DNA from: Gammaproteobacteria bacterium
GTDB taxonomy: Bacteria > Pseudomonadota > Gammaproteobacteria > Xanthomonadales > Marinicellaceae
Assembly: GCA_041395445.1 (NCBI GenBank)
Contig: JAWLAO010000009.1
Location: 6,150-70,149, forward strand
Reading direction: 5' to 3'
DNA: 64,000 bases
Part shown: in pieces, positions 8,596 through 17,712 of the stretch
Layout: each line of letters begins with the position of its first letter
Numbering within the stretch: the first letter of the stretch is position 1
Program-made: the position numbers and the translations under genes
The notes under the pieces: model-generated
Database searches by the model: none
What the model was told of the DNA's origin: nothing
Seen by the model: the letters and a program-made list of their open reading frames with translations, nothing else

Positions 8596-10605
8596 CTAAT
8601 CAACCTGTTTTTTGACATTAATCATTTTCTGGCGGATAGCTTTCAGATAATTTTGAAGTTGTGAATCTGCTTTTTGTATTTTTTTGGGAGATTTTGAAAA
8701 TCTGAGTTTGATATATAAACTGATGAATTTATCAATTTCATCTTTCAGCTGAGGATATTGTTTTTTTATCAATTCGGAATACTCAATCACTCCTTGATAA
8801 TTGAGTTTCGTTAAGCCGTCTTTGGCAAATAATTTTATGAATTGATTGAGAACTTTATCATATTGACTCAGTTTTTGTTTGGGTCGTGTCAAATATAAAA
8901 ACAGCATAACCAAAACAGTTGTAGCCAGCATGATGCTTCCTAATACAATCACAATCGCTTTAGCATCTTGTTTCTCGAATCCAATAATTTGAAATAATGC
9001 TTTTTGTTTCAAAGCATTATATTCCCGAATCCACTTATTCCATTTGTGGCGCACACGATCATACTTTTCACCTAGTTTTCTATACCACTCTGTATCATGC
9101 CAACTGCGGGAGTTTTCAGAGATTAATGCTTGCGAACCTCGCTCCACTCTCAAAGGTGAAACTGCCGCCGTTGGATCAACTCTCATCCAGCCTTTTCCGT
9201 GAATCCAGACCTCAGACCAGGCATGAGCATCAGACTGTTTGACTTGTAAATATTCTTCGTTTACAGTTCCGCCTTGATAACCGGTGACAATTCGGGCAGG
9301 TACACCGGCTGCACGCATCATATAAGTGAAAGCCGATGCATAATGCTCACAGAAACCACTTTTGGTTTCAAACAAAAACTGATCAACGGTATCTCCCTGT
9401 AATAACGGCGGAGTGTAACTGTAATAAAATTCATCTTCAGCAAACCATTGAAGTATTTTTTGAATCAACTCAAGAGGTGATTTTGTGGATGATTTCCACG
9501 TTTGAACCAGTTGTTGGGTTTTGGAGTTGTAACCGGTTGGCAAATCTAATAATCTTTCAAAATCCGCTCTTGATAATGTTTCATAGGAATTAAATGGCTG
9601 TATCACAGAACTGGCTTGATAATGTCGCAATTGATTGATATCGAGTTCGGTCATTAGTTGTGAATCTGCTTTCAAGTCCGCTTTTGAGGGAAAATCGACA
9701 ATATAATCCAAAGCAAAAAGATATTTTTGACCGGTTGGTTCCAGTTCGACTTCATAATGAACGATTGGAAGGTCGTTTGGTTTTTTCAAATCTCTTTTAA
9801 CAGAACTTACCTTTTTATTTCGGCTCCAGGTCATTCCATCAAAATCCCACAGCACCGGTCCTCGCCAGTATAACTGCGACATTTCAGGAATTTCGCTATC
9901 AAATACAACCCTGAAAGCTGTTGAATCATCACTAAACAATTGAGAAATACTACCCGGTGACATTTCTTCACTAATGCCTGTTTTACCGCTTCCAAAAAAG
10001 TCAGGAGAACCCCAAATCGGACTGCCCAACCGAGGAAAGAATAGAAAAAACAATGCCGCCAAAGGTATTCCTGCCAGCATTAAACTACCGGTTTGTTTAA
10101 TCTCTGATTTGAGGAAGTATTTGCCATCATCATTATGTTGTAAAACAAATAATGTGTGGGTTATCACCAGAACCGAAGCAAGCAAATAGAGAATCAGCAA
10201 AATATCCTGGCTATAGAAAAAACGCGTCAGAATTACAAAGTAACACAGAGTCACTACCATCCAGGCATCACGTTTTCGCCAGGTTTCGAGGACTTTTAAG
10301 ACCGTCATAACAGCTAAAATCGTGACACTTAGCTCCCGATTCAGACCGATTCCATGCACATAAACAATGACCAATGTCAGAAACACCGTCATAAAAGCAA
10401 CGACAAAACCGGGCAATGGACGAACCCTTCTTCGTACTGTTAACCAACGAATGGTTACAGCCATCAATAACAAAATCGGAAACCAGATTGGAAGCCGCGG
10501 AATATGAGGTAACGTGGAAATAACAACCGACAACAATATCCAGAATATCTGTTTGGAACTCAAACTGTAAATTTCTGCTTTAGTCAGTTTCATTTTCCAG
10601 TCCAA
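8596..10605 (-). CDS. Membrane transglutaminase-like protein (multi-TM N-terminus plus transglutaminase core)
   Basis: About six TM helices. Cys-His-Asp core read as GFCEHYASAF, DAHAWSEVW and WMRVDPT. A further TM helix follows, then a C-terminal tail. Confidence 0.85.
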   Translation of the reverse strand: MDWKMKLTKAEIYSLSSKQIFWILLSVVISTLPHIPRLPIWFPILLLMAVTIRWLTVRRRVRPLPGFVVAFMTVFLTLVIVYVHGIGLNRELSVTILAVMTVLKVLETWRKRDAWMVVTLCYFVILTRFFYSQDILLILYLLASVLVITHTLFVLQHNDDGKYFLKSEIKQTGSLMLAGIPLAALFFLFFPRLGSPIWGSPDFFGSGKTGISEEMSPGSISQLFSDDSTAFRVVFDSEIPEMSQLYWRGPVLWDFDGMTWSRNKKVSSVKRDLKKPNDLPIVHYEVELEPTGQKYLFALDYIVDFPSKADLKADSQLMTELDINQLRHYQASSVIQPFNSYETLSRADFERLLDLPTGYNSKTQQLVQTWKSSTKSPLELIQKILQWFAEDEFYYSYTPPLLQGDTVDQFLFETKSGFCEHYASAFTYMMRAAGVPARIVTGYQGGTVNEEYLQVKQSDAHAWSEVWIHGKGWMRVDPTAAVSPLRVERGSQALISENSRSWHDTEWYRKLGEKYDRVRHKWNKWIREYNALKQKALFQIIGFEKQDAKAIVIVLGSIMLATTVLVMLFLYLTRPKQKLSQYDKVLNQFIKLFAKDGLTKLNYQGVIEYSELIKKQYPQLKDEIDKFISLYIKLRFSKSPKKIQKADSQLQNYLKAIRQKMINVKKQVD

Positions 10606-11566
10606 ATAATGCCAACGCTTTTAAGCATTTCAGATAATGTTCATTAGAATATCCAAAGCCAGAGTCAAACCCCGGTAATTTCAAGCAATAATCCAATTGC
10701 AATTTTTGAGCCTTCAAAACCCAAGCTGTCAATCGGGAAAGTTTCATTTCCATATCTGACAATGGAACAGTTGAATAGTCCAATAGCAATTTATCGCCCT
10801 GATGTTGCTGAAACTCACGACTAATCAACTCTCCGGTTTGAGCCGTTCTTTTCCATGCAATCAACCGCAAAGAATCTCCTGACTGAAAAGGTTTTAAACC
10901 ATGAAAATCATCACCGTGAGTTATTTTGGAGGCATCTCCTTCATCTCCGGCATTTTGTGGAAGCGGTGGAGGATTCACCTCCGGAATTGGATAAACCAAA
11001 CATTTCTCACCAATATTCACCCAAACCCAGGCGTAAAAAATTCCAAACGGAAAAGAGCTGTAAATTTTAACCTTATCACATTGCAACCACCCTCGTTTCT
11101 GTGATCTCAGCCGGTGTTTAATACTACTGAGTTGATCAGGTATCACCTCCAACACGCTATTTTCATAGCTCTTATTCTTTGTGCCAATATCAAATTTTGT
11201 TTCAGTTGTTTTTAAGTGTAATTTAAATATTGCTACTTCACCGGCAAAAACCGGCTGAGCCTCAACATGATGAATTGTCAAACTCTTCAAATTTAAAAAA
11301 GTTCTGTAAAGTGCAACCTGAGCAATTCCAAACAGCAAGAATGTCATCATTAAACCCAGATTATTATTAAAATTCAGACTGGCAATCAGCATCAAAAAAG
11401 TAACAAATCCAAAGAATATTCCGGGCTTTGTCGGTAATACAAAAATTCTTCTCCAATTTAAGTTCAGAGGCAAAGTTTCGGGACTTTTATGCAAAACCAG
11501 ATTCGGAGCAAATTTGGCAAATAGCCGGTCTTTAAATGACTCTGAATTACGGGATTTTTGTTTCAT
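10580..11566 (-). CDS. DUF58 family protein
   Basis: GDDFHGLKPFQSGDSLRLIAWKRTAQTGELISREF matches the DUF58 signature. It overlaps both neighbours, by 26 nt and 20 nt. Confidence 0.8.
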   Translation of the reverse strand: MKQKSRNSESFKDRLFAKFAPNLVLHKSPETLPLNLNWRRIFVLPTKPGIFFGFVTFLMLIASLNFNNNLGLMMTFLLFGIAQVALYRTFLNLKSLTIHHVEAQPVFAGEVAIFKLHLKTTETKFDIGTKNKSYENSVLEVIPDQLSSIKHRLRSQKRGWLQCDKVKIYSSFPFGIFYAWVWVNIGEKCLVYPIPEVNPPPLPQNAGDEGDASKITHGDDFHGLKPFQSGDSLRLIAWKRTAQTGELISREFQQHQGDKLLLDYSTVPLSDMEMKLSRLTAWVLKAQKLQLDYCLKLPGFDSGFGYSNEHYLKCLKALALFGLENETD

Positions 11567-12506
11567 GCAGAATTTCCGATAAGATATTCTTCACTTTTTT
11601 CTGAACTGAACGACTTCTCATCCTATGCTGAGCGACCGGCGTGAAGGCATTTTTCACATCCTCTGGAATCACAAAATCACGACCATTGATAAAAGCGATT
11701 GCCTGAGACAATCGAAACATTGCCAGCCCGGCTCTTGGTGACAAACCATCAACCAAAAGACTGTGGCTTCGAGTTTTGGCAACCAATTGTTGAAGATAAT
11801 CTTTAACTTCATCTCCGGCATAAAGCGACTCAATATGTTCCTGGACCTGGAGAAGATGTTTCTCATCAACCACTTTTTTCAAAGGTGCTCTAAAAGCGGA
11901 AGCAAACTGATCCGAATAGAGCTGTCTTTCAGATTGTTCAGAAGGATAACCGAGTGAAATACTGACCGTAAAACGATCCAGTTGTGAATCCGGTAAAGGA
12001 AATGTTCCGGCTTCATCTGTTGGATTTTGCGTGGCAATCACAAAAAATGGTTTTTCCAGTGGATAAGTTTTGCCATCGACACTCACCTGCTTCTCAGCCA
12101 TTGCCTCCAACAAAGCGCTCTGAGTTCTTGGAGTACCGCGGTTCAATTCATCAGCCAGCAACAGTCGTGTAAAAATTGGTCCTTGAAAAAACTTAAACTC
12201 AGACGTGTTCGGCTGGAAAATAGAAACGCCCAAAACATCACTTGGAAGCATGTCACTGGTAAACTGAATTCTTCTGAAGCTTAAACCCAATACTTGAGCC
12301 ATGGCATTCGCCAGAGTGGTTTTGCCTAAACCTGGTTTGTCTTCAATAAGCAAATGCCCGTTTGCAAGAATACATGCAAAAGCTAACTCTATCTGTTTTT
12401 GTTTATCAAATAACTTGTGACTCACCTCTTCAATCGCTTTGAGTATCAGTTGATTCTGCAATGTATTCTCCATTTGTTTTTTTAAACATAATAAACCAGT
12501 TCTCAT
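11547..12506 (-). CDS. MoxR-family AAA+ ATPase
   Basis: Walker A KPGLGKTT and Walker B LLADELNR, with a typical MoxR length. An alternative start at 12473 (MENTLQ...) is possible. Confidence 0.85.
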   Translation of the reverse strand: MRTGLLCLKKQMENTLQNQLILKAIEEVSHKLFDKQKQIELAFACILANGHLLIEDKPGLGKTTLANAMAQVLGLSFRRIQFTSDMLPSDVLGVSIFQPNTSEFKFFQGPIFTRLLLADELNRGTPRTQSALLEAMAEKQVSVDGKTYPLEKPFFVIATQNPTDEAGTFPLPDSQLDRFTVSISLGYPSEQSERQLYSDQFASAFRAPLKKVVDEKHLLQVQEHIESLYAGDEVKDYLQQLVAKTRSHSLLVDGLSPRAGLAMFRLSQAIAFINGRDFVIPEDVKNAFTPVAQHRMRSRSVQKKVKNILSEILHETKIP

Positions 12507-12676
12507 CTTAATGAAAGCAAATCATCAATTGAAATCTTGCCAAAAATTATGACAACAAATTTATGAAAAATTTCAATTTTCTGCAAAATCGCTTTCATTG
12601 AATTCTGCCAATCTGTTCTAGTAAATCATATAAGCATCTAGTAAAATGTGATTACTTTTGTTTGATTGCAGGTTAA

Positions 12677-13480
12677 ATGTCCGAAATTGCAAATATACTT
12701 ATCGTTGATAACTCAAAATTAGCACGAGCCCTAACCAAAAAAACAGTTCAAAAAATTAAACCTGAAAGTGAAATTTTTTTAGCTGACAATGTGGCTCAAG
12801 CTAAAGAGATTATTACCGATAACTCGATTGACATGCTCATTACATCTTTGCTCTTATCTGATGGTGATGGCGTGGAAATTTGTAAATTTGTTCGTGCCAA
12901 TCAGCATTATATTCCTGTTCTTGTTATCTCCGGAGATGTTGACCACCGGGTTCAACAAAGACACATGGATGCCGATGTGACTGATTATTTAGATAAGTCT
13001 AAAGGTCAAAGTGGTCTGGAATTTTTTATTAAAGGGATTCTTGCACCGGAAGAAAATGTCAAAGGTCATGTTTTGTATATCGAAGATTCCAGAGTTGTTG
13101 CCCATGCAACTAAGAAAAATCTCGCAAATCACGAGCTGTCATGTGATCATGTTTTGTCAATTACGGATGCCATCGAATTATTGGAAAATAAAGAACATGC
13201 GATTACTAAATATGATGTGATTCTTTCCGATTATTATTTGAAAGATAATGAAACGGCTCAATGGCTGATTGAGTATGTGCGTGAGATTTTACAGATCAAT
13301 AAAATTGAACTTCCAATGGTCGTGATGACAGGCGACGAGAACGAAAAAAATCAAAAGAAAATCCTCAAATCCGGTGCTAATGATTTAGTTCTAAAACCGG
13401 TTGATAACGAAATTCTTATAAAAAAAGTCCAGTTCCAGATTCGTTTCAAACAGTTTCAAATGAATTCAGCAAAATCTTAG
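12677..13480 (+). CDS. Response regulator with two receiver domains and no output domain
   Basis: REC1: ILIVDNS ... LLLSDGDG ... VLVISGD. REC2: VLYIEDS ... ILSDYYL ... VVMTGDE ... LKP. Confidence 0.8.
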   Translation: MSEIANILIVDNSKLARALTKKTVQKIKPESEIFLADNVAQAKEIITDNSIDMLITSLLLSDGDGVEICKFVRANQHYIPVLVISGDVDHRVQQRHMDADVTDYLDKSKGQSGLEFFIKGILAPEENVKGHVLYIEDSRVVAHATKKNLANHELSCDHVLSITDAIELLENKEHAITKYDVILSDYYLKDNETAQWLIEYVREILQINKIELPMVVMTGDENEKNQKKILKSGANDLVLKPVDNEILIKKVQFQIRFKQFQMNSAKS

Positions 13481-13483
13481 TCT

Positions 13484-14167
13484 ATGGCTGAAGTCAAACT
13501 CCATCCCAGCTGGCTGAATGTCCTAAAGGATGAGTTTGAACTCCCTTATATGAAAAATTTGAAATCCTTTTTGTTAACTCAAAAACAACAAGGTAAGGTT
13601 ATTTATCCTAAAGGCGAAAATATTTTCAATGCTTTGAACTCTACACCGCTGGAAAAAGTGAAAGTAGTTATTATCGGTCAAGATCCCTATCATGGTCCGA
13701 ATCAGGCACACGGATTGTGTTTTTCAGTGAATAAAGGAATTGCTATCCCACCTTCTTTGAAGAATATTTACAAAGAACTTCATGATGATATTGGTTTTCA
13801 AGTTCCAAACCATGGGAATTTACAGAGCTGGGCGAATCAGGGAGTTTTGTTGCTAAATAGTGTTCTTACTGTTAATCAAAGTATGGCAGGAAGTCATCAA
13901 AACAAAGGCTGGGAAACTTTTACCGATAAAATTATTTCAGAACTCAATCAGCATCATACACACATTGTTTACATGTTATGGGGATCTTATGCTCATAAAA
14001 AAGGAGCTTCAATTAACCCTAATGAAAACCTAATTTTGAAAACAGTCCATCCAAGTCCGCTTTCAGCTCATCGAGGATTCTTTGGATGCCAGCATTTTTC
14101 CAAATGTAATAAATATCTTATCGAAAATGGAATCCAACCTATTGATTGGAAAATCAAAAACATATAA
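13484..14167 (+). CDS. ung: Uracil-DNA glycosylase (family 1)
   Basis: GQDPYHGPNQAHGLCFSV, LLLNSVLTV and HPSPLSA motifs. The start lies 3 nt after the upstream stop. Confidence 0.95.
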   Translation: MAEVKLHPSWLNVLKDEFELPYMKNLKSFLLTQKQQGKVIYPKGENIFNALNSTPLEKVKVVIIGQDPYHGPNQAHGLCFSVNKGIAIPPSLKNIYKELHDDIGFQVPNHGNLQSWANQGVLLLNSVLTVNQSMAGSHQNKGWETFTDKIISELNQHHTHIVYMLWGSYAHKKGASINPNENLILKTVHPSPLSAHRGFFGCQHFSKCNKYLIENGIQPIDWKIKNI

Positions 14168-14227
14168 AAAAAGCCCCTTAAAAAAATAATTTCCTAAGAG
14201 GCTTTATTTGAAACGCTAATAACTAAT

Positions 14228-14644
14228 TTATGTGATTCTGATTATAAAAAGTAAGAGAGCTAAGCCTATAGCAACCAGACCTAGTTTTTCCTTCAGAGAC
14301 TCAAATTTACCAGCTGTACTGTCAACAAACTCTGATGCTTTATTCTCACCCATAAGGCTTTTTAATAAACTTTTAGACATCATCAATGCTAGAACAATTA
14401 ATACTACAATTGCAACCAAATAAATTATTGTCAACACCGGAACCCATTTCAGCCTTGTGCCAAGATTAAAGAGAAGTTCAAAAAACCAGTATAAACCTAG
14501 AACAAGTGAAACAAGCCCAATCCAACCTTCATAAGGTTTTGAAAACTCAAATGCCACTTTACTTTGTTCGATTTTGCTCTGAATGAATCCAGATGCAGCA
14601 ATCGCCCCGACAATAATCATAGTTAACAAAAACACCCAAAACAT
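14228..14644 (-). CDS. Small integral membrane protein (about 4 TM)
   Basis: 138-aa hydrophobic ORF, last gene of the minus-strand run downstream of the radical SAM gene. Confidence 0.55.
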   Translation of the reverse strand: MFWVFLLTMIIVGAIAASGFIQSKIEQSKVAFEFSKPYEGWIGLVSLVLGLYWFFELLFNLGTRLKWVPVLTIIYLVAIVVLIVLALMMSKSLLKSLMGENKASEFVDSTAGKFESLKEKLGLVAIGLALLLFIIRIT

Positions 14645-14709
14645 AATAATCCCCTAATTTAAAAACTATATCTGTAATATTTTATACAATTCATTCCAGG
14701 ATGCAAAGG

Positions 14710-15108
14710 TTATTCTTCTTTCCAAACAACGGGCTTCCAGTTTTTCACCTCTTCATCACTTGAATCAAAGCCAAGATAATATGTTTTGCCCGATTCAACC
14801 GTAATATTGAGCATATTGTTCACATTATCTGTTTTTCTCTTTAAAGATTTTTGAGTTCCCGGAGCGGTGTTATTTAATATCACCGGAGCCAACCTCAATT
14901 GATACTCGCCAGGCTTTAACCACACTGCATTTTCACGAGGGGAAACTAAATCGCCATTGACCTCTTGAAGAATAACAGATGAAATTCTTTGTGTTGACTT
15001 ATTGGATTTTAAAACGAGCTTTGCGGCATCATCTCCCGGATTCGCAAAATAATCACCTGCAAAAGCTAGGGCTGAAACAAATAACATTGAAACTAATAAC
15101 TTTTTCAT
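14710..15108 (-). CDS. Small exported protein of unknown function
   Basis: Signal peptide MKKLLVSMLFVSALAFA, taken from the internal ATG at 15108. Beta-rich sequence with no motif recognised. Confidence 0.6.
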   Translation of the reverse strand: MKKLLVSMLFVSALAFAGDYFANPGDDAAKLVLKSNKSTQRISSVILQEVNGDLVSPRENAVWLKPGEYQLRLAPVILNNTAPGTQKSLKRKTDNVNNMLNITVESGKTYYLGFDSSDEEVKNWKPVVWKEE

Positions 15109-15177
15109 AAGACACCTCAATTTTGGTTTGTAATTGATATATTAATTTAATTAATCTTAACCAAGACTGAATGATTG

Positions 15178-17697
15178 CTACACTTTTGATTTTGCGCGAG
15201 ATATTGAGGAATCTAGCTCCCAAAAGTACTGATGGGAGTCATATTGTAAAGATTCATAATTGATATGAGCCATCAATCCGGGATCATCTATACTAAATGT
15301 GGCATTACCAAACTCATAAAGTTTCTTACGTTCATCATCTGTTACCGACAAATTGTGTTTAAAATAATTCTCACAATCATATTTCAACTCGATTGACAGA
15401 GGATAATCACAACTATCAACAGGCATACAGGACTGATTTAATTTTATGATTTCGGATAATTCTTGAGTATTCACTTGAGGATAAGTTTTCACGATATACT
15501 CACTAATTTCAGCATAAAACCGATACCAACCCACCGGAATGAATTTTGCTGTATCAAAATACCGAAACACCCAACTCGTAAACGGAAGTTCTTCAGTATT
15601 GGAGTTTATTTCCATCAATAAATCGTGTAAAAAATCTATTGCCTTAACTTGATACTCCCATTGCAAATATCTCATGACATATCTCAATACAGAGTATCCA
15701 TCAGCAATCATGTAGTAACGATTCAGTTGCTTCATCAGCTTGAGTTCGTCTTCACTGAAACTGAAAGACGATATGATGAAATCATTTTCATCAGTTTTAA
15801 TCTGATACTTTTCCAAATATTCCGGATTTGCCATGGGGCTATTCGGTAATAACTGAGTTGGATAGGCTTTGACCGACACATCCAAATCCATATATCTTTG
15901 CAAGTCATTTTTAAATGCCTGAACAGTAATTCCCGGCAGCCCTATCATTAAGTCTGTTGATAATGGCAGATTCAAATCAGAGAATACTTGAGCCAGTTCA
16001 TCATATTTTTCAGTTTTGATGTTTTTCCTGTTGATAACTTCTAGAGTTTTTTCATCTGTAGTTTGTATTGATATGATACCCTGACTGACAATTTGACCTT
16101 CTGTAAATATTTTAATAATTTCTGCCAGCCTCCAGGTGGAATTTTTTGTATAGTTAACAACCACTTCTTGAGGAAAACCATGCTTTTTCTTCATTTCAAC
16201 AATAAAGGAAGCCAATTCAATATCTCGGTCATACATACCGAAATTGGCATCGGCTATCCATAAAATCTTTGTCGATTTTTCAGCTATCCAACGTATTTCG
16301 TTTTTTACTCGCTCTAAATCGTATTTTCTGACTTTTTGACTGATAGCCGAACCCCAATCACAAAATGTACATCCAAAAGGGCATCCGCGATTTGATTCCA
16401 CAATCGCTGCATCAACCCGTCCGTCATAGCCATCAAATGTACCCTCAATGTAAGGGGATGGAATTTGGTCAGGTTCAGCCATTCTCTCTCTGTTAGCAGT
16501 TTTAATATATTCTCCATCTTGATTCGGATGGCGATAGGTGATGCCCTGTACTCCACTGAGCTTTTCATTATCGAACTCCAACCGATTATGATTTATCAAA
16601 ATACTATCTAAAACCTCACAAATTGTAACTTCGCCCTCATTATGAACAGAAATATCAACTGAATTATTTTTGTTCATAAAATCCCTGCTGGCTTGTAAGT
16701 AATTGGGAGTACTCGGTCCGCCATGAATTGTTATGTTTTCCGGATTGTGATTTTTAACTAATTTTGATATTTTCAAATTCAAATCAATTGACCACATATA
16801 GTTGGAAAATAACCATATCCCTTTACCAAATTTTCTATAAACCTGATTGAGCAGTACTTCAGGTGTGAAATACGAAATTGGAATGAAATTGAATATTTTT
16901 TGAAGTCTTCCACCATCATAGTGACTTAGAGAGCTGTGCAAAAGCCCTAATGCCAAAGGATAATGATTTTCCATGTGTGGAACAAAATAGACAGGGATCC
17001 TGTTATCAGATTCTAAGTCCTTCCAGCTTTGCTTTTGAGAAACTTGATTTTCCTGTTTAATTTGACTGGTCGTCTGCAGAGAAAGAAATGGGTGTTTTAC
17101 TTCTTCAATAATTAATTTCTTTTCTGCCAATTGGTAAAAGATTTTCTCTACATCTTCTTTTTTGATAATACCTAATTCGGATATCACTTCATTCATTGTT
17201 TTTCTTCCAACCACAGAAGATAAAACCAATAAATATTCTAACGGTAACTGATAATATTCTTCTTGATGAGAAAGACTAATCAGAAAGCCTTGTTCAGAGA
17301 CAAGAAGAGCAAAATTATTGCTGAGTTTGTATTTCTTTTCTACAGAACATTTAGAATCAGTTACTGGCAAACTATTAATTTTTTTTATATCTTTACAATT
17401 CGTTAAATAGTCGCCGGTAGTATTTGCATTGACTAATATAGAGTGCTCAATGTAACCCCTGATTTTATTTTCTGCAAACCGTATATCTTCTTGTTGTGTA
17501 TAAACATCTATAAATTGAAGTCCACTGACAAAACTATCAACGGACTTCTTTATTGTACAAGGAGTTATAAAGTTGTTTAAAATAATCAAATCTACCGACT
17601 CCATTCGGTATTTTTTATCAATTGAACTCAAAGAGTCAGTAATAAACTGACCATCTTTTTGTAAAATGATTATTTCAGGATTGAGAATGTATTCCAA
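15178..17697 (-). CDS. Radical SAM enzyme with a cobalamin-binding-like domain and a roughly 205-aa N-terminal extension
   Basis: CxxxCxxC cluster ESNRGCPFGCTFCDWG, with Cys codons at 16360-16383. The preceding Rossmann-like segment (IPVYFVPHMEN ... ITIHGGPSTP) is typical of B12-binding radical SAM enzymes. No SPASM-type Cys cluster is present at the C-terminus. Confidence 0.85.
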   Translation of the reverse strand: MEYILNPEIIILQKDGQFITDSLSSIDKKYRMESVDLIILNNFITPCTIKKSVDSFVSGLQFIDVYTQQEDIRFAENKIRGYIEHSILVNANTTGDYLTNCKDIKKINSLPVTDSKCSVEKKYKLSNNFALLVSEQGFLISLSHQEEYYQLPLEYLLVLSSVVGRKTMNEVISELGIIKKEDVEKIFYQLAEKKLIIEEVKHPFLSLQTTSQIKQENQVSQKQSWKDLESDNRIPVYFVPHMENHYPLALGLLHSSLSHYDGGRLQKIFNFIPISYFTPEVLLNQVYRKFGKGIWLFSNYMWSIDLNLKISKLVKNHNPENITIHGGPSTPNYLQASRDFMNKNNSVDISVHNEGEVTICEVLDSILINHNRLEFDNEKLSGVQGITYRHPNQDGEYIKTANRERMAEPDQIPSPYIEGTFDGYDGRVDAAIVESNRGCPFGCTFCDWGSAISQKVRKYDLERVKNEIRWIAEKSTKILWIADANFGMYDRDIELASFIVEMKKKHGFPQEVVVNYTKNSTWRLAEIIKIFTEGQIVSQGIISIQTTDEKTLEVINRKNIKTEKYDELAQVFSDLNLPLSTDLMIGLPGITVQAFKNDLQRYMDLDVSVKAYPTQLLPNSPMANPEYLEKYQIKTDENDFIISSFSFSEDELKLMKQLNRYYMIADGYSVLRYVMRYLQWEYQVKAIDFLHDLLMEINSNTEELPFTSWVFRYFDTAKFIPVGWYRFYAEISEYIVKTYPQVNTQELSEIIKLNQSCMPVDSCDYPLSIELKYDCENYFKHNLSVTDDERKKLYEFGNATFSIDDPGLMAHINYESLQYDSHQYFWELDSSISRAKSKV

Positions 17698-17712
17698 CTG
17701 ATTTTACCTTGC

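Noticed and set aside
14171-14204. Possible terminator hairpin after ung (AAGCCCCTTA ... TAAGAGGCTT)
   Set aside because: The stem has a central mismatch, the loop is 14 nt and the U-tract is poor. It is too weak to call, although some terminator must exist between these convergent genes.
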